Under the pieces are notes generated by a model, which was given only the letters and a program-made list of their open reading frames with translations, ran no database searches and was not told the DNA's origin. Positions 24,102 to 36,534 of a stretch of DNA of 64,000 nt are shown here, piece after piece. Origin of the DNA: Squalus acanthias (Eukaryota); assembly GCA_030390025.1 (NCBI GenBank), contig CM059432.1, positions 51,524,001-51,588,000 of the forward strand, written 5' to 3'. Made by a program: the position numbers and the translations under genes. Numbering within the stretch: the first letter of the stretch is position 1; every line of letters begins with the position of its first letter.

Positions 24102-25104
24102 AATATGAAATTTATCACAGTTAATTCCCCATTTCCAGTACAAACAATGCCTTACAATAGTGATTTTTACTTAGATAAATAAATTGACACAAGGTATTAT
24201 AAAATAATATATTTTCTATGGTCGATCAGGCATCTGACTTGTGTGGAAACCCATCTCCATTTAAGCTACCAAGAAATCCACACAAGTAGAGTTTTCTTTT
24301 TGCATGATATAGAATGCACACTCCCAACCTGTAGGTACACACCTCACCTATGTAAGCCCAGGTGCAGGTTGCAAGAGTCTAGGCTTGCAGTTTAACAACT
24401 AAAACTGTGGATTTACTAGTATAGAGCACTGGGAAGCTTCCCACTGCTTGTCCACCTAGGATCACCTACCTGTTAGGACATTGACTAGGGTTACCTGGAG
24501 TTAAGCAGGAAGAATCCCAGCTCCCAATGATTCGAATATTTTATATAGGTCTGATTTGTACTTCTATTTAGATGCTGACTATAACTTATTAGCAAGTTAT
24601 ATGATTGTCTTAATTGCAGAAATAACCATGACCCCAGCCTTTATTTTATGGGAATTCAGCGTGTTTCCTATAGAGGATCCCATATATAAAGCTGATGTTG
24701 CTCAGAGTATAGGCAGGAGAACATGCAAATTCTGCAACTCTGTGGAATTTATTGCTGCTATTTATTCCTGCCTCGTTTCAATACAAGATTTGAAATTTGG
24801 AAACAAAGCTAATGAGAAGCAAAGTGAAATCCAAAAGAAGAAAAACTGAAGCAAGAGAAATGACAACCTGACCAAAAGGAACTAAAGAAAAGTTAGATTG
24901 CTTGCCCATTTATAAGCCCAGCTGAAAATTACATCAGGTGGGCCTTGGGCGTCCAGGCTGAGGTGCTCCCTACACTGATTTTAAATTGGTTGCCACCCAT
25001 GTTTCAGGCAAGCAACAGGCAGTGGAAAATCACCCAAAGTATATTTCATTCACCTCTACATATGAGCTTTCAGAAAGAGCAAATTATTCAGACTTAAAGT
25101 CAGA

Positions 25105-25912
25105 TTAATACAGAACATCTCATGGAGTCTAAGCTATCATTCCCACATAATACACACTTGTATCTCAAATTATACAAAGTAAAACACTGTACCCATATTA
25201 TAGCAGTAGGAGGAAAAAGGATTGGTGAGCAGGATGGCCAGGAGAATCATGAGAATAATAAAGTATTGATTAAAAGGGTAATTTTTACAGACTTGCACTT
25301 TCAGTTCAGTGCTTCACTAGCTGGGACCATATATCATGAATCTGGGCCCATGTCCCCCAAGATTTTCCATTCATTTAATTTTGTGAAATTACTACTTGGA
25401 ATTACATATTCAGATGTGAGCCCCCTCTCTCTCTCTTGCAGCTTAGTATATACTCAGCTACCATTGTTTTAATAGCCTCTTGTTTCTTTGGTTCTTTTTG
25501 CATCAATGATGATTTTTTTTGCTTACCACGGTGAAGGACATCAGAGCTGGAGAATGGAAGGTTTTTCTTCTTTAGGCAACCAATGACAGAATCAAGCACT
25601 CCTAGGCCAGATGCAAAGTAAAGCTCTGAACTACTGCTGATTACCCTATTACGCAGCTACATCAGTCGCTATGAGCCCATATATGGTCCCAGCTAGTGAA
25701 GCACTGAACTGGAAGTGCAAGTCTGTAAAATTACCCTTTTAATCAATAATTTATCATTCTCATGAATTCCCTGACCTGCTCATCCTGCTCATCAATCCTA
25801 TCTCCTCCTACTGCTGTAATATGGCTACAATATTTTACTTTGTATCATTTGAAATTCATGTGTGTGTTCTGTGGGAATGATGGCTGAGACTCCATGAGAT
25901 GTATTGTCTTAA
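25105..25912. repeat. Long imperfect inverted repeat (arms about 25105-25334 and 25679-25912), probably a foldback or MITE
   Basis: ttttacagacttgcactttcagttcagtgcttcactagctgggaccatatat is mirrored at 25679-25730, and similarity continues outward to a ttaa on each side. Confidence 0.85.
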
Positions 25913-25954
25913 TGATAGCAGGAAAATCAAAAATCAGGCTGCATACTTAATGCT

Positions 25955-26181
25955 CATGATGCGGAGATGCCGGTGTTGGACTGGGGTGGACAAAATTGAG
26001 AGGTCGCACAACACCAGGTTATAGTCCAACAGTTTTATTTGAAATCACAAGCTTTCGGAGCTATCGATTGCCCCTTCCTCAGGTGAAGTACTTCACCTGA
26101 GGAAGGGGCAATCGATAGCTCCGAAAGCTTGTGATTTCAAATAAAACTGTTGGACTATAACCTGGTGTTGTGCGACCTCTC
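25955..26181. mobile_element. Penelope-like element remnant (inverted pseudo-LTR pair)
   Basis: 11-bp TSD tacttaatgct (25944-25954, 26182-26192), perfect palindrome at 25998-26181, hammerhead motif. Confidence 0.85.
26093..26134 (+). ncRNA. Minimal type I hammerhead ribozyme motif (mirror copy at 26045-26086 on the minus strand)
   Basis: UCAC-CUGAGGA-A-GGGGC(aaucgaua)GCUCC-GAAA-GC-UU-GUGA: catalytic boxes CUGANGA and GAAA, stem I UCAC/GUGA, stem II, palindromic minimal stem III AAGCUU. Confidence 0.75.
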
Positions 26182-26762
26182 TACTTAATGCTAACAGGAA
26201 TGCCTAGCCTCAAACGATTTACAAACATATCATTAAAATGTAACAATACTGTGAAGTGAAGTATTTCATTGTAAACTCCTTCCTTCATGTAGCTTAGAGG
26301 AAGAGAAAAAATATTCCTCTATTCTCTATCCCACAGGGAGAAAGCAGACATTTTGTTCAATTGTCTTGACAGTGGAGCAACTCTCTTCTGGCCCTAAAAT
26401 CCAATGTGGCAAGTCCCCAGCATGTCATCAGCAAGTGAATGAAATGTAGCATTCTTCCTCACAAATAGATGGATAATGGAATGACTATTCCCCCCCCACC
26501 CCCCACCAAAAAAAAACTAGATGAGTAAGCATAACCCATTACATTTAAGGTATTTTCTGTCCCAGTATTCTTCACCTTTAATTTATAACATTGGTTGAAG
26601 TTAAAGTTATGCAATCCTTATGGCAGTAAGTGTACCTTACATTAAAAATATTTCCATCCACATTATTGCTACCTTTTCAATTTATCATGTTATTTAAGTG
26701 ATGATGGTGACATTCTCAGTGCTGGCTTTGGTTGCAGCTCGTACCTGATGCTGCTGCTTTGC

Positions 26763-27015
26763 TAGGGTTGCCAAGTCTGGTTGGACATATTCCTGGAGGT
26801 TTCATCACTGATCTCCTGTCACCAACTGCCCCATCCAGTAAAACAGCTTTCTTCCCCATCTCCAATATTTTTATAACTAATAAATGAAAGTGTTCAAAGA
26901 AAATAAAACAAACACACCATTTCTTTTTATGCCCCTATGATTTTTCTCCCTGGATTGCTCGCAGCGGTGTCCAAGAGATTAAACATCAATTCCTGGAGCC
27001 TCCTGGGAGTTCCGA
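26763..27015. mobile_element. Possible hAT-type MITE remnant
   Basis: Begins tagggttgcca (hAT-like terminus) and has repeated cctggag subterminal motifs. No clear right TIR or TSD. Confidence 0.4.
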
Positions 27016-27599
27016 GTCTTGTGATAGATCAGGAATTCCCACCTGCAGCTCCGAGTCTGCTCCTGGAGTGAAGCCTCAGAGTCCGGTAGGAGCTGCAACC
27101 AGGACCAGCAACAAGAAGATAATCAAAGAAGGAGAAGCCCTTTATGAATTGGGAAAGGGGAAAGTGCCTCAAGGAACGAGGGTTAGAGGGCTTAGAGTGG
27201 CTTTGTGAAAGGGAGAGTGATTAGTCAGGTAACTCTTGGCAAAGTGATGGTTTGATTGGTCAGTTTAATATGGATAAATCTAAACAGCGCTTATTTTTCC
27301 TATTAATGATTTTAGATTTTAAAAAGCTATGTGTTAAATCTATTCAAAATTGATCATATACACCCTTTTTAAATGCAAGAATTCAAAACTTTCTGGAGGG
27401 GCATGTCTCTCTAGAAATGCACATACCAGTAGCTGTGGTTGGGGTGGGATTTGGAAGGAATGTGAATGATTCCAATTTGCTGCCCATTGTCCTGGTGGAA
27501 CCACCCAAGCTAAGTGGTAGTAGCTGTTGAATGAACTTGTGAGATAGTGAAAAACTGTCTTTTGAAGAATTGAAAGCAAAAGATTTTCATTGTCAAATT

Positions 27600-28447
27600 G
27601 AAGGACTTGGAGGAGCTCAAGAAGCAGTAATCCAGCCGCAGTACTGAGAGGAATGAATGTTGTGTGCACTAAGGGTACTTAATCTTAGGGAACATAGAGT
27701 GAAAATATCAGCAAATGAGTGGATAGGGTTGAATGATAAGAATGATAGATATGGAAAAGAAAGAGTGGAGAGAGAGAGAGAAAAAACAAGACCCTGGGGA
27801 ACCACTGGATTGTTGGCAGAGGAAAGTCAGTGAATAAACAAAGTCAGCACAGATCGAGTGTGTTGAGATGAAAACTAGATTTCCATGAATGTGTGTTTGG
27901 TCGAAGACCATATAATACCATTTTTTTAGAAGTGCATCGTCCAGATTCTGTCAAAGGCTTTGGAGATGTCCAAGATGATGACAAATTGGTTCAGAAGCAG
28001 AGGTATATAATATAGGCAAAATAAAATCCTCAATGGAACAGCTATACTAGGAATCATGGATTAGGGAAGAGCTTTCAGGGGGATGAATAACTCAGAGTTA
28101 TCAACAACAGCCACAGTTTTATAAAATACAGATGGAAGGACAATAGGGTAAAGAGTAAGAGGGGTCAACACAAGGACATTTTCATGGACAATAAACGGTG
28201 AACTGGGCATAAAAAAGATTGAAAAGATGGCACAGGACAATAAAGTAAGCTCAAATGCACACATCTTGAGGATGAAGAGAGATGTCATGAGGACCAAAGC
28301 TTTTATTGGAATCCAGAGCATAGAAAATCCAACAGCAATGGCAGCAATAAATGATGTCAGACATAGTGGTAAAGCAAACAGAGCAATGGAAGGAAGTATG
28401 TTGCTAAAGATCATCGCTATTGGAATTGTGGGTGAAAATTGAGACAA
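27600..28447 (-). pseudogene. Heavily decayed LINE reverse transcriptase fragment
   Basis: Minus-strand peptides ILKMCAFELT, IILDISKAFDRIW, VPQG and FAD occur in the correct order. Confidence 0.7.
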
Positions 28448-28789
28448 AAAGTTATCTTTCTCTTAGGAGAGCTAGTAGATGGTGTGGGGTTAAACTATAT
28501 GATTTAGCGGAGCCTCGCACACCTGTAGTGCGTAACGGAGCACTTACTGAGAATCTGGTCTTGGAGATCAGCACATCTGATTCACAGCCTATATGATGTT
28601 GGGCGTGGAAGTCCAACAAGCCTACCATGAGCACAATATGCTCGTCATCCCCCAATGATGTGGACCAGTAACACTTTGGAGGCCTAACGCAAAAATGTAG
28701 GCAAGATTCATTGATGCTACACAAATTATTTAAATGAGGAAACATCCCCATAATGCAACTGGAGTCTGCTTCAGCGCTCCAGTCACTAA

Positions 28790-30498
28790 GGCCGGAATTT
28801 TCCAGGGGGTCAGCGGGCAGGATCAGCAGGTGGGTCATGTGGGAAATTTGATTTTTCTGACAGCAGGTCGGGACCCCGCTGTCAACCCGCTGCAATGCGC
28901 CTTTCCCAATGGCGTGTGTGTGATCTCTGATCCGACCCGACCCGACCCACAGAGGCAGGCGACCCAATTAAACCAATTATTGGGTTGTTGACAGACCCTT
29001 AATAATGCTTTTAACTTTACCTTTTAACTTTAACTGCTCGCCCACGGGGTCCACGCTGCTAGGCGACCACGTCTGTGAACCTGAGGCGGGAGTTCAGTGA
29101 CCATTGTTCCAGCTGATTACTTGACAGCTTCAAATGTACAGTAAAAGCTCCCACCCGACAGATCATCACTTTCCTCAACCACAAGCTGTTTATCAGTCCA
29201 TTTCCAGCACAGATTCTGCAGGCTTTCCACTTTCCACTCTCCATCCACTCTCACCTCATTGGAAGAACTCTCTCACCATTGACAGAATGCTTCTGTCATC
29301 TCAAATTCACCAGCCATCTATTCCATCAACATGGGTGCCATTTATACTGTCTCACCTTGGTCCTCAGAATCCCACCACGATCAGCCCCAACACCAGCAGC
29401 ACCAGGCACACCAGCAGCACCAACAACAACACCAACCTTCTCCGCAATCACCTGATGCTGCACAGGACACAGGGCATCAGCACCCGACCACATTGCTGCC
29501 TGGGAGGCCAGGGATGGCCTCACCATGGCCAGATTTACTTCACTTGATGCTGTACACCCTGGCTGCCACATGATGCGCCAGGTTGACACCACCCCACACC
29601 AACACCATAAAGTATCCCTACAATGCCCAAGCCATTCCTTTCACACTCACCAGCATTGCGGGGGAGGAGGGAGGATACTGTTATGTCTCACCATTCACTG
29701 CAACTCACTAAGCCACTTCCAAAGGTGCACACAAATCTGTCCAAGAACAGAATGTGTTAAAAATAAAGGTTTCAATGTTTGACAGCACATTAACAGAAAC
29801 TTTACATTAACATTGGATAAAACATCCAAGTGGCTACCCTTGTGTGTTGTTAGTTGGTATGATTGCATTAGGATGATAGTAAGTGTGAGGGGTGGCTAGT
29901 GAGATGAGGATGTGATAATGTAGATAGCGAGGGATGGTTGCAGGTGCAAGGTAAGTTGGTGTGAGTAAGGATGTGCAGGAGTAGGGTAGGGAAGGCAGAG
30001 TGATGGGGATGTGATGAGAGGCACAGCAGGATGAGGTTGAGTGTGGCTTTGCACTAACGCTTCGTGATCTAATGAGATCATTGAAAGGTTTGCACCACTG
30101 CACCCAACTCCTCCTGACCACATCCCTATTTGTGACCACCTCTGCAATGTGCAATCAGGCTGTTTTGTTCTCCTGGGGAGGTCTCTTCTGCCTATGGGAA
30201 GGGAAGAGGACCTCCCGGCGTTCTGTGACTCAATCCATCAGCATATGGAGGGAGTTATGGGTGAGCCTGGGTGCAGCCCTGCACCTCTATGCAGTGTTTG
30301 TCAGTGTTTGCAGCACTTCAATGCTGTAGAACACTGACAGCACAAATGTCAAAAGAAAGTTGGTCATGGTCCCTTTAAGGAAACCGGCTGATGACGCGAC
30401 ATGAATGATGTCACCAGACCCGCTTCCTCTAATTGGCCCAGGAAACGCGCTAGGCGGGCTTAACAAGCCCCATCAACATAAATTCATTTTCCAGTCCC
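28790..30498. mobile_element. Internally deleted Harbinger element, family 3
   Basis: taa then ggccggaatttt left end. Transposase N-terminus (MGA, 29331) is fused to a C-terminus-like EARDGLTMARF. A Myb exon-1 remnant lies on the minus strand (RREVLFP...IAEVV...QWCKPFNDL, about 30290-30065). The right boundary is uncertain. Confidence 0.7.
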
Positions 30499-31515
30499 TG
30501 GTCAGTGAAATTTAAATTTTTGATATTAGGAGAGCATATGTGCTCTAACATGATTCAAAATTGCTAAAATGATTCAAATGTAATTTTACAAAGTGACCAG
30601 ACGCTTCAGTGGACTATTGAGCTCCTCTAAAATCTGATTTTGCAACAGGCAGAAATCTCACTCTGTGTGTGAAGCCCAGACAGTGAGAGATTACCTACTA
30701 GAGGTGGTCTGACACCTTCTGGCTTTAGCGCACACAAAAGTCACATCGCTTCTTGACTGCTGCATGATACTGACACGTTTAAATTGATGTGCATCTGAAA
30801 GTGCTTCGCATCTTAGAATGTGATAATACGGCACTGTTTTCAGAATTCCAGAACCAATGTGGGTGGTGCCCCATAATGATGTATTTACATTTTTCTAAGA
30901 ATGCTACTGACAGGTGCTGGCCATTAAATTATATTTCACTCAAGCGAAAACAAATCAAACCAGGAATGAATTATCACACGCCTTGGCAATGAAATTAAAT
31001 GGGTTGATTTTCCATTAGTGCCCGCCTGTCACAGAGCCTCTCCCACCAGGACAGCATATTATGAAATTGTGCACATGCACATAGCCCATGGCATGCAAGC
31101 AGTTTCTTGATATGCATTCCTGGAGGGCAAGGCTCCATGCCAGGAGCACGCAAGCTAAACATTTACTCTCAAATGTCTAATTTTACATGTGTTTGCATCT
31201 TTGTTGTATTTTGAAGGTCTTTGCACTGATCTCAAATAGTGCGCAAGTATGTATTTGATCTGTGTATTAACTTCAAAACAATTAATCGTTGTTTAATTAA
31301 AGAATGGATGGAATGAAGAAATTGCATTTGACCCATCAAGCTTTCTTCTCCACACAGAAATTACAACTTGCCCTTTCATAGACTCTGCTCAACCCACTCA
31401 GTCGCCTCAGTGTGGCAACTACTCCTAGATAAATCTCCAATAAAATATTCTGTGAAATTCCTGCCTGACTCTCAAGGGTATTCAAGCAAAACTTCAGAAT
31501 GTTAATTTAGTCCTA

Positions 31516-31517
<2 letters not shown>

Positions 31518-31547
<30 letters not shown>
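31518..31547 (+). repeat. (AC)n microsatellite
   Basis: About 15 AC units, read directly. Confidence 0.95.
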
Positions 31548-31550
<3 letters not shown>

Positions 31551-31574
31551 TTCCAATGCCTATCAGTTGTATTC

Positions 31575-32279
31575 ATAGATACATAGATACATAGAAGATA
31601 GGAGCAGGAGTAGGCCATCCGGCCCTTCGAGCCTGCTCCGCCATTTAATGAGATCATGGCTGATCCTCCAATTCAGTATCCCGTCCCCGCCTTCTCTCCG
31701 TAACCCTTAACCCCTTTTGCCTGTAGAAATATATCTAATTCCCTCTTAAATATATTTAATGAGCTGGCGTACACTGCCCTCTGTGGCAATGAGTTCCACA
31801 GGTTCACCACCCTCTGAGTGAAGAAATTCCCCCTCATTTCTGTCCTAAATGGTTTAGCCCTTATCCTTAAATTATGTCCTCTAGTTCTGTTCTCACCCGC
31901 CAAGGGAAACATTCCTTCTGCATCTAGTCTGTCTAGACCTGTCAGAATTTTATACACTTCTATGAGGTCCCCTCTCAATCTTCTAAACTCCAGTGTGTAC
32001 ATCCCTAAACTACATAGTCTCTCCTCATAGGTCAATCCCGCCATTCCTGGTATCAGCCTGGTGAATCGCCGCTGCACCCCCTCCATGGCAAGAACATCTT
32101 TCCTCAGATGAGGCGACCAAAACTGTACACAGTACTCGAGGTGTGGTCTCACCAGTGCCCTGTACAGCTGCAGCAAGGTATCCCTGTTCCTGTATTCCAA
32201 CCCTTTTGCTATGAAGGCCAGCATACCGTTTGCCTTCTTGATCGCCTGTTGCACCTGCATGCTCGCCTTCAGTGACTGG
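31575..32279 (-). mobile_element. Young 5'-truncated CR1, nearly identical to 54716-55419
   Basis: Uninterrupted 195-aa ORF2 C-terminus and (tatgtatc)n tail. Confidence 0.95.
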
Positions 32280-33706
32280 GTACTTGTCCACGATCACGGC
32301 AGCAAAGGAACCATGGTGTTTCCTACAATACATTGGCCTAGAAATTCAGTATCCCCAAAAACAGGCGCGGTGCGATAGCAATCCGTTCGGAGGACTGCAG
32401 GCAGCATGTAAAATACAATTATCCAGCCTCCTAAAAATAAAGATTAACAAGCGAGCCAGTACCCAAAATTTTCCCTTGAATTTGAGGGAAAAAACTTGAA
32501 ATTTCCCTTTTTTTAAAACCAACAATCAGGTCTGGAGATGCACCTTACATCTCCTCAATGATGTTAGCAAACACACAGGTGGGCTGTACTAACGTCATGG
32601 ATGTGAGGCACACACAATCTGGACCTGGTTTTTAGCAGGAAATGAACTGGAGACTGTGCAATTTACATTTTTCCCCAGGGTCATGGATCATCTTTAAGTA
32701 CTACTGTGGGAATTTTATTCCTGTACTGCAGCAAATACCAATTTTTTACATTCCTACTTATGTATGGAGTGCACTGTCACAGTACCACACTGATATTGTC
32801 CTGAAGACTAATCAAAGGCGGACTCAGGTCACATACCAAGGAAGCTATGCACCTTTCAGTGAAGGTATTCTTTACTAAAAGCAAGATCACAACTGTTTCT
32901 CTCTGCATAAGCTCCCACGTTCTTTATGATTCCACCAGCATAGTGGCAGGGAAGTAGTTACAGTCACAACAATAGGATAGTTTATGAAGAAATGAAATGA
33001 TAATTTTAAACTATTTTTTCAACTATATAAAACAGAAAATGAGCCAGTTATCATGAACCATTATCTGGCTGAGGTTAGTTGCTCAAGATTTAAAATAGTT
33101 CTACCAGTTAAGAGCATATAAATATTAGTGCTTCACGATAAGTCTGGAGGGCTCTGCGGGGCTCTGTTTGAAAATGTACTGACCTGAGCATCTTAGCTGA
33201 TGAATTAACATATTTTACTTTTTAATGACGCACCTTAATTATTGTTGGTTAAGTAGATATGTAAATAAACGATTGAAATGATATCCTTAAACAGCAGCTC
33301 TGTCCTAGTGCCGTGCTAATGAGGTATAAGTAAACCCTTTAGTTAGTGGTTTCTACTGATGAGAAGACTTTCCTAGATGACAACTATGTAGATACCTTAA
33401 GCATATGCCTTCTGTCAGACCCTGTACTGTAAATAACAAGTGGGCTGCACTTTTGCTGTTAATCAAGTGTAAACTACCTTCAGAAATAGACTCAAAGATG
33501 ACCTGTGATCAGGAATGATGCAATAATTCAGATCATGTAACAGTTACCCATATAAAAATAACAATAAAATAATATACATTTAATAAAATAATATACATCT
33601 AATAGAATAATTTAAAACATTTAACAAAAGTAAAGTCACTGATTTAATATTAATGGCTATTTTATATTTCAGAACTAATTCTTGAAGCAATTCTGCAATA
33701 TCTGAG

Positions 33707-34300
33707 TCTTACTCCAATTATATAGGGCCTTGGTGAGACCACACCTGGAGTACTGTGTATAATTTTGGTCTCCTTACCTAAGGAAGGATATACTTGCCAT
33801 AATGGGAGTGCAACAAAGATTCACAAGATTGATTCCTGGGATGGCGGGACTGTCGTATGAGAAGAGATTGAGTAAACTAGGCCTGTATTCTCTTTAATTC
33901 AGAAGAATGAGAGGGGATCTCATTGAAGCATACAAAATTATTACAGGGCTTGATAGGGTGGATGCTGGGAGAATGTTTCCCTTGGCTGGGGAGTCTAGAA
34001 CCAGGGGCCACAGCCTCAGGATAAAGGGTAGGCCATTCAGGACTGAGATGAGAAGAAATTTCTTCACACAGAGGGCGGTGAATCTGGAATTCTCTACCCC
34101 AGAGGGATATGGAGGCTTAGTCATTGGGTATATTCAAAACAGAAGTCAATAGATTTCTGACTAGTAAGGGCATCAAGGGATATGGCGATAGGGCTGGTGA
34201 ATGGAGTTGAGGCAGAAGATCAGTCATGATCTCATTGAATGGCAGAGCAGGCTCGAAGGGCCGAAGGGCCTACTCCTGCTCCTATTTCTTATGTTCTTAT
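33707..34300 (+). mobile_element. CR1 3' fragment
   Basis: LYRALVRPHLEYC...MRRNFFTQR, ending in cctatttcttatgttctta. Confidence 0.93.
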
Positions 34301-35253
34301 TATCACTCTAGGGCTCAGTGCTGTGGAAATTATCTCATTTATATTGTGAGGCAGGTTACATAGTAGTTGGTGCAACACAAACCCTTTGTTTCTGCTGCCA
34401 TACCTTCCTCAGGGCTGCAAGAGATTGTGAGGGGGCAGTGAGTGCAAAACCACTTTGATGGCCTGTTCAGTAGGCTGAGCAGTCAGAACACATGGCAGCC
34501 TTAATTTCTGGTGGTGGCAGTGTTTGTATCGCTAACGGGAGGGGAGAGGCATATTGCCAGTGGAAGTGCCCCAGAGACATCCTCTTCTGGTAGATCTCAG
34601 ATCTGAAGGCAGCAGTGCCACCTCATTTACATTATCAAACTGTTGTGAAGTCCGGATTGCCATCAGTAAAGTAAATGGGACATTAGATTGTTAAAAAAAG
34701 CTACAGTTAAGTCTTGAAGCTGAGGACAAGGACATAAAGAAACTGTAACTAGAAAAGCTGCAGATGTAAAGTCTGGACAATACATTAGACTACATGAGAG
34801 TGCAGAGGAAACACACATATAAGAGCTTTGTTGAATTACTATCATGAGTATTGCACTTATTACCTTGTGGAATTAAAGTTTAACAGGATGATATCTGTAT
34901 AAAAGCAATATTCAAGTCATGAATAATCATTTTATTAACACCCTTCAACCTATCTGAAGCTAATGAATATTAATGAGAGCTGTTGAGGAAGCAAGTTCAG
35001 GTGACAAAGATGGAGAGAATCTGAAGATTTTTGAGATAGGTAACATTTGGGAGTTACTGAGTGCATCATTGGTATATATACTAGGCTGACCGCATTGACT
35101 CATTTTGGGGAAACTGCCTATAACTGCTTTAATTGGTGGAGGAATGTAACCAGGCTGTTCAGACAAATGATCCCAGACACAAGTTTCCTTCTGTTTAACT
35201 CAAGCCAGCATTACAAAGGCATTTTTGTCTGTTGCAGTTCATTTAAAGATATT

Positions 35254-35334
35254 GGGGGAAGATTTCCTCCGTGCACCATATGTAACAATATCATAAACCT
35301 GGTTAGAAAAAGCTCACAGAGGAAATTTTCCCTC
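35254..35334. mobile_element. Tiny (about 80 bp) Harbinger-like MITE
   Basis: TIRs gggggaagatttcct / aggaaattttccctc. Confidence 0.45.
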
Positions 35335-35374
35335 AGTGCAGTATTAGATTTATTATTTGATTAATTACTAAGAT

Positions 35375-36250
35375 CTTACAGCCGAAGAGGTGGTGTTATC
35401 AGCTAATTTTACAGCAGCGGATATCGGGGCGTCCGAGTGTCCCGCCGTGGAAAGGTGGGAAGCTTCATTAACATATTTAAATCAGGCTCCCACAGTGCAA
35501 TTGGGAGCCTGATTTAACGGCCCAGAAATTCGCCTCTCCGGCTTGCCGCGGGGGTAAGGATCGCGCGTGCACTTACCTACTGCGCCTGCCGTTGTGTTTT
35601 GGGCCCACGGGAACTTCAGCTCCTAGTCCTGCTCCAAGTGCCGGTGCACAGTGCTTGCGTGTCCCAGGGGCGTAGTTAGTGCGATGCGTCCCCTGGGATC
35701 ACGTGGGTTATGGAAAGCCAATGGCAGCAGACCATCTTTCATTGAATTGAAATCGGCCCCAAAAGAACAGCTAAACTTAAAATAAATTTTTTTAAAAACC
35801 ATCACATTTATAAAATAACTATAGTTAAATAAATTAACCACTTTAAACAAAAATTTAAATTTTTGAAAAAATTAAAATACTTTTTAAAAGTGATAAAAAT
35901 AAACTTACCTTTCTTTAAAGTATCTAAAAAAGATAAACCTGTTGAAAATTTTTTTAAATTATACTTAATTAACCACTTACCTTGTTGAAAACGGGTCCTG
36001 CGCCTCCTTTTTAATAGCGTAGTTTCTTCAATACTTACCCTCGCGTAGAAACCTGAAAAAAAATCTAAGTTTGCTGCGTGCGCGCAGCCTCTACCGCGCA
36101 CGCGGTTCACCTAGGAACCGCCCCCTTCACCATACCGGAAGTTCCGGTTTCCCGCTCATGCGCAGTGCATGCAGGAAACCGGCACTTCGGGACGCATTAC
36201 GGGTGAGTACGGACTGTGTACTCACCCGGGAAGGGCCGAATTTTTGGCCC
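35375..36250. mobile_element. Harbinger-type MITE (CpG-rich ends, AT-rich core), left end eroded
   Basis: Ends gaatttttggccc and shares ctgggatcacgtggg with 19338-20022. Confidence 0.6.
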
Positions 36251-36534
36251 AAGTTAACATTTACTGTTGCTGCGCAGGTTTCCCAGGGGTTGGGAATCCT
36301 GGCAATAAAAGGGAGGCAGGAGCAACCAGCTCCACAGGTAAGTGCCTCTTTCAGCAGGCCTTGTGGGCCAGGAGGAGCAGGAGTACTCTCCCCAGGCCTC
36401 TCATGGAAGACTTCGGGTTTCCCCAGCCCCGATCGCCAGCGTCCCCAACCAAGCACAATCACCAGTCTACACCACCCTCCACCCCCCAGCCCTCTTGATC
36501 CATTTCATGGGACACTGGCACCAGTAGTGGGACA

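Noticed and set aside
34960..35166. 68-aa minus-strand ORF behind a weak acceptor (similarly an exon-like stretch at about 58167-58256)
   Set aside because: There is no recognisable homology and no convincing donor or partner exons.
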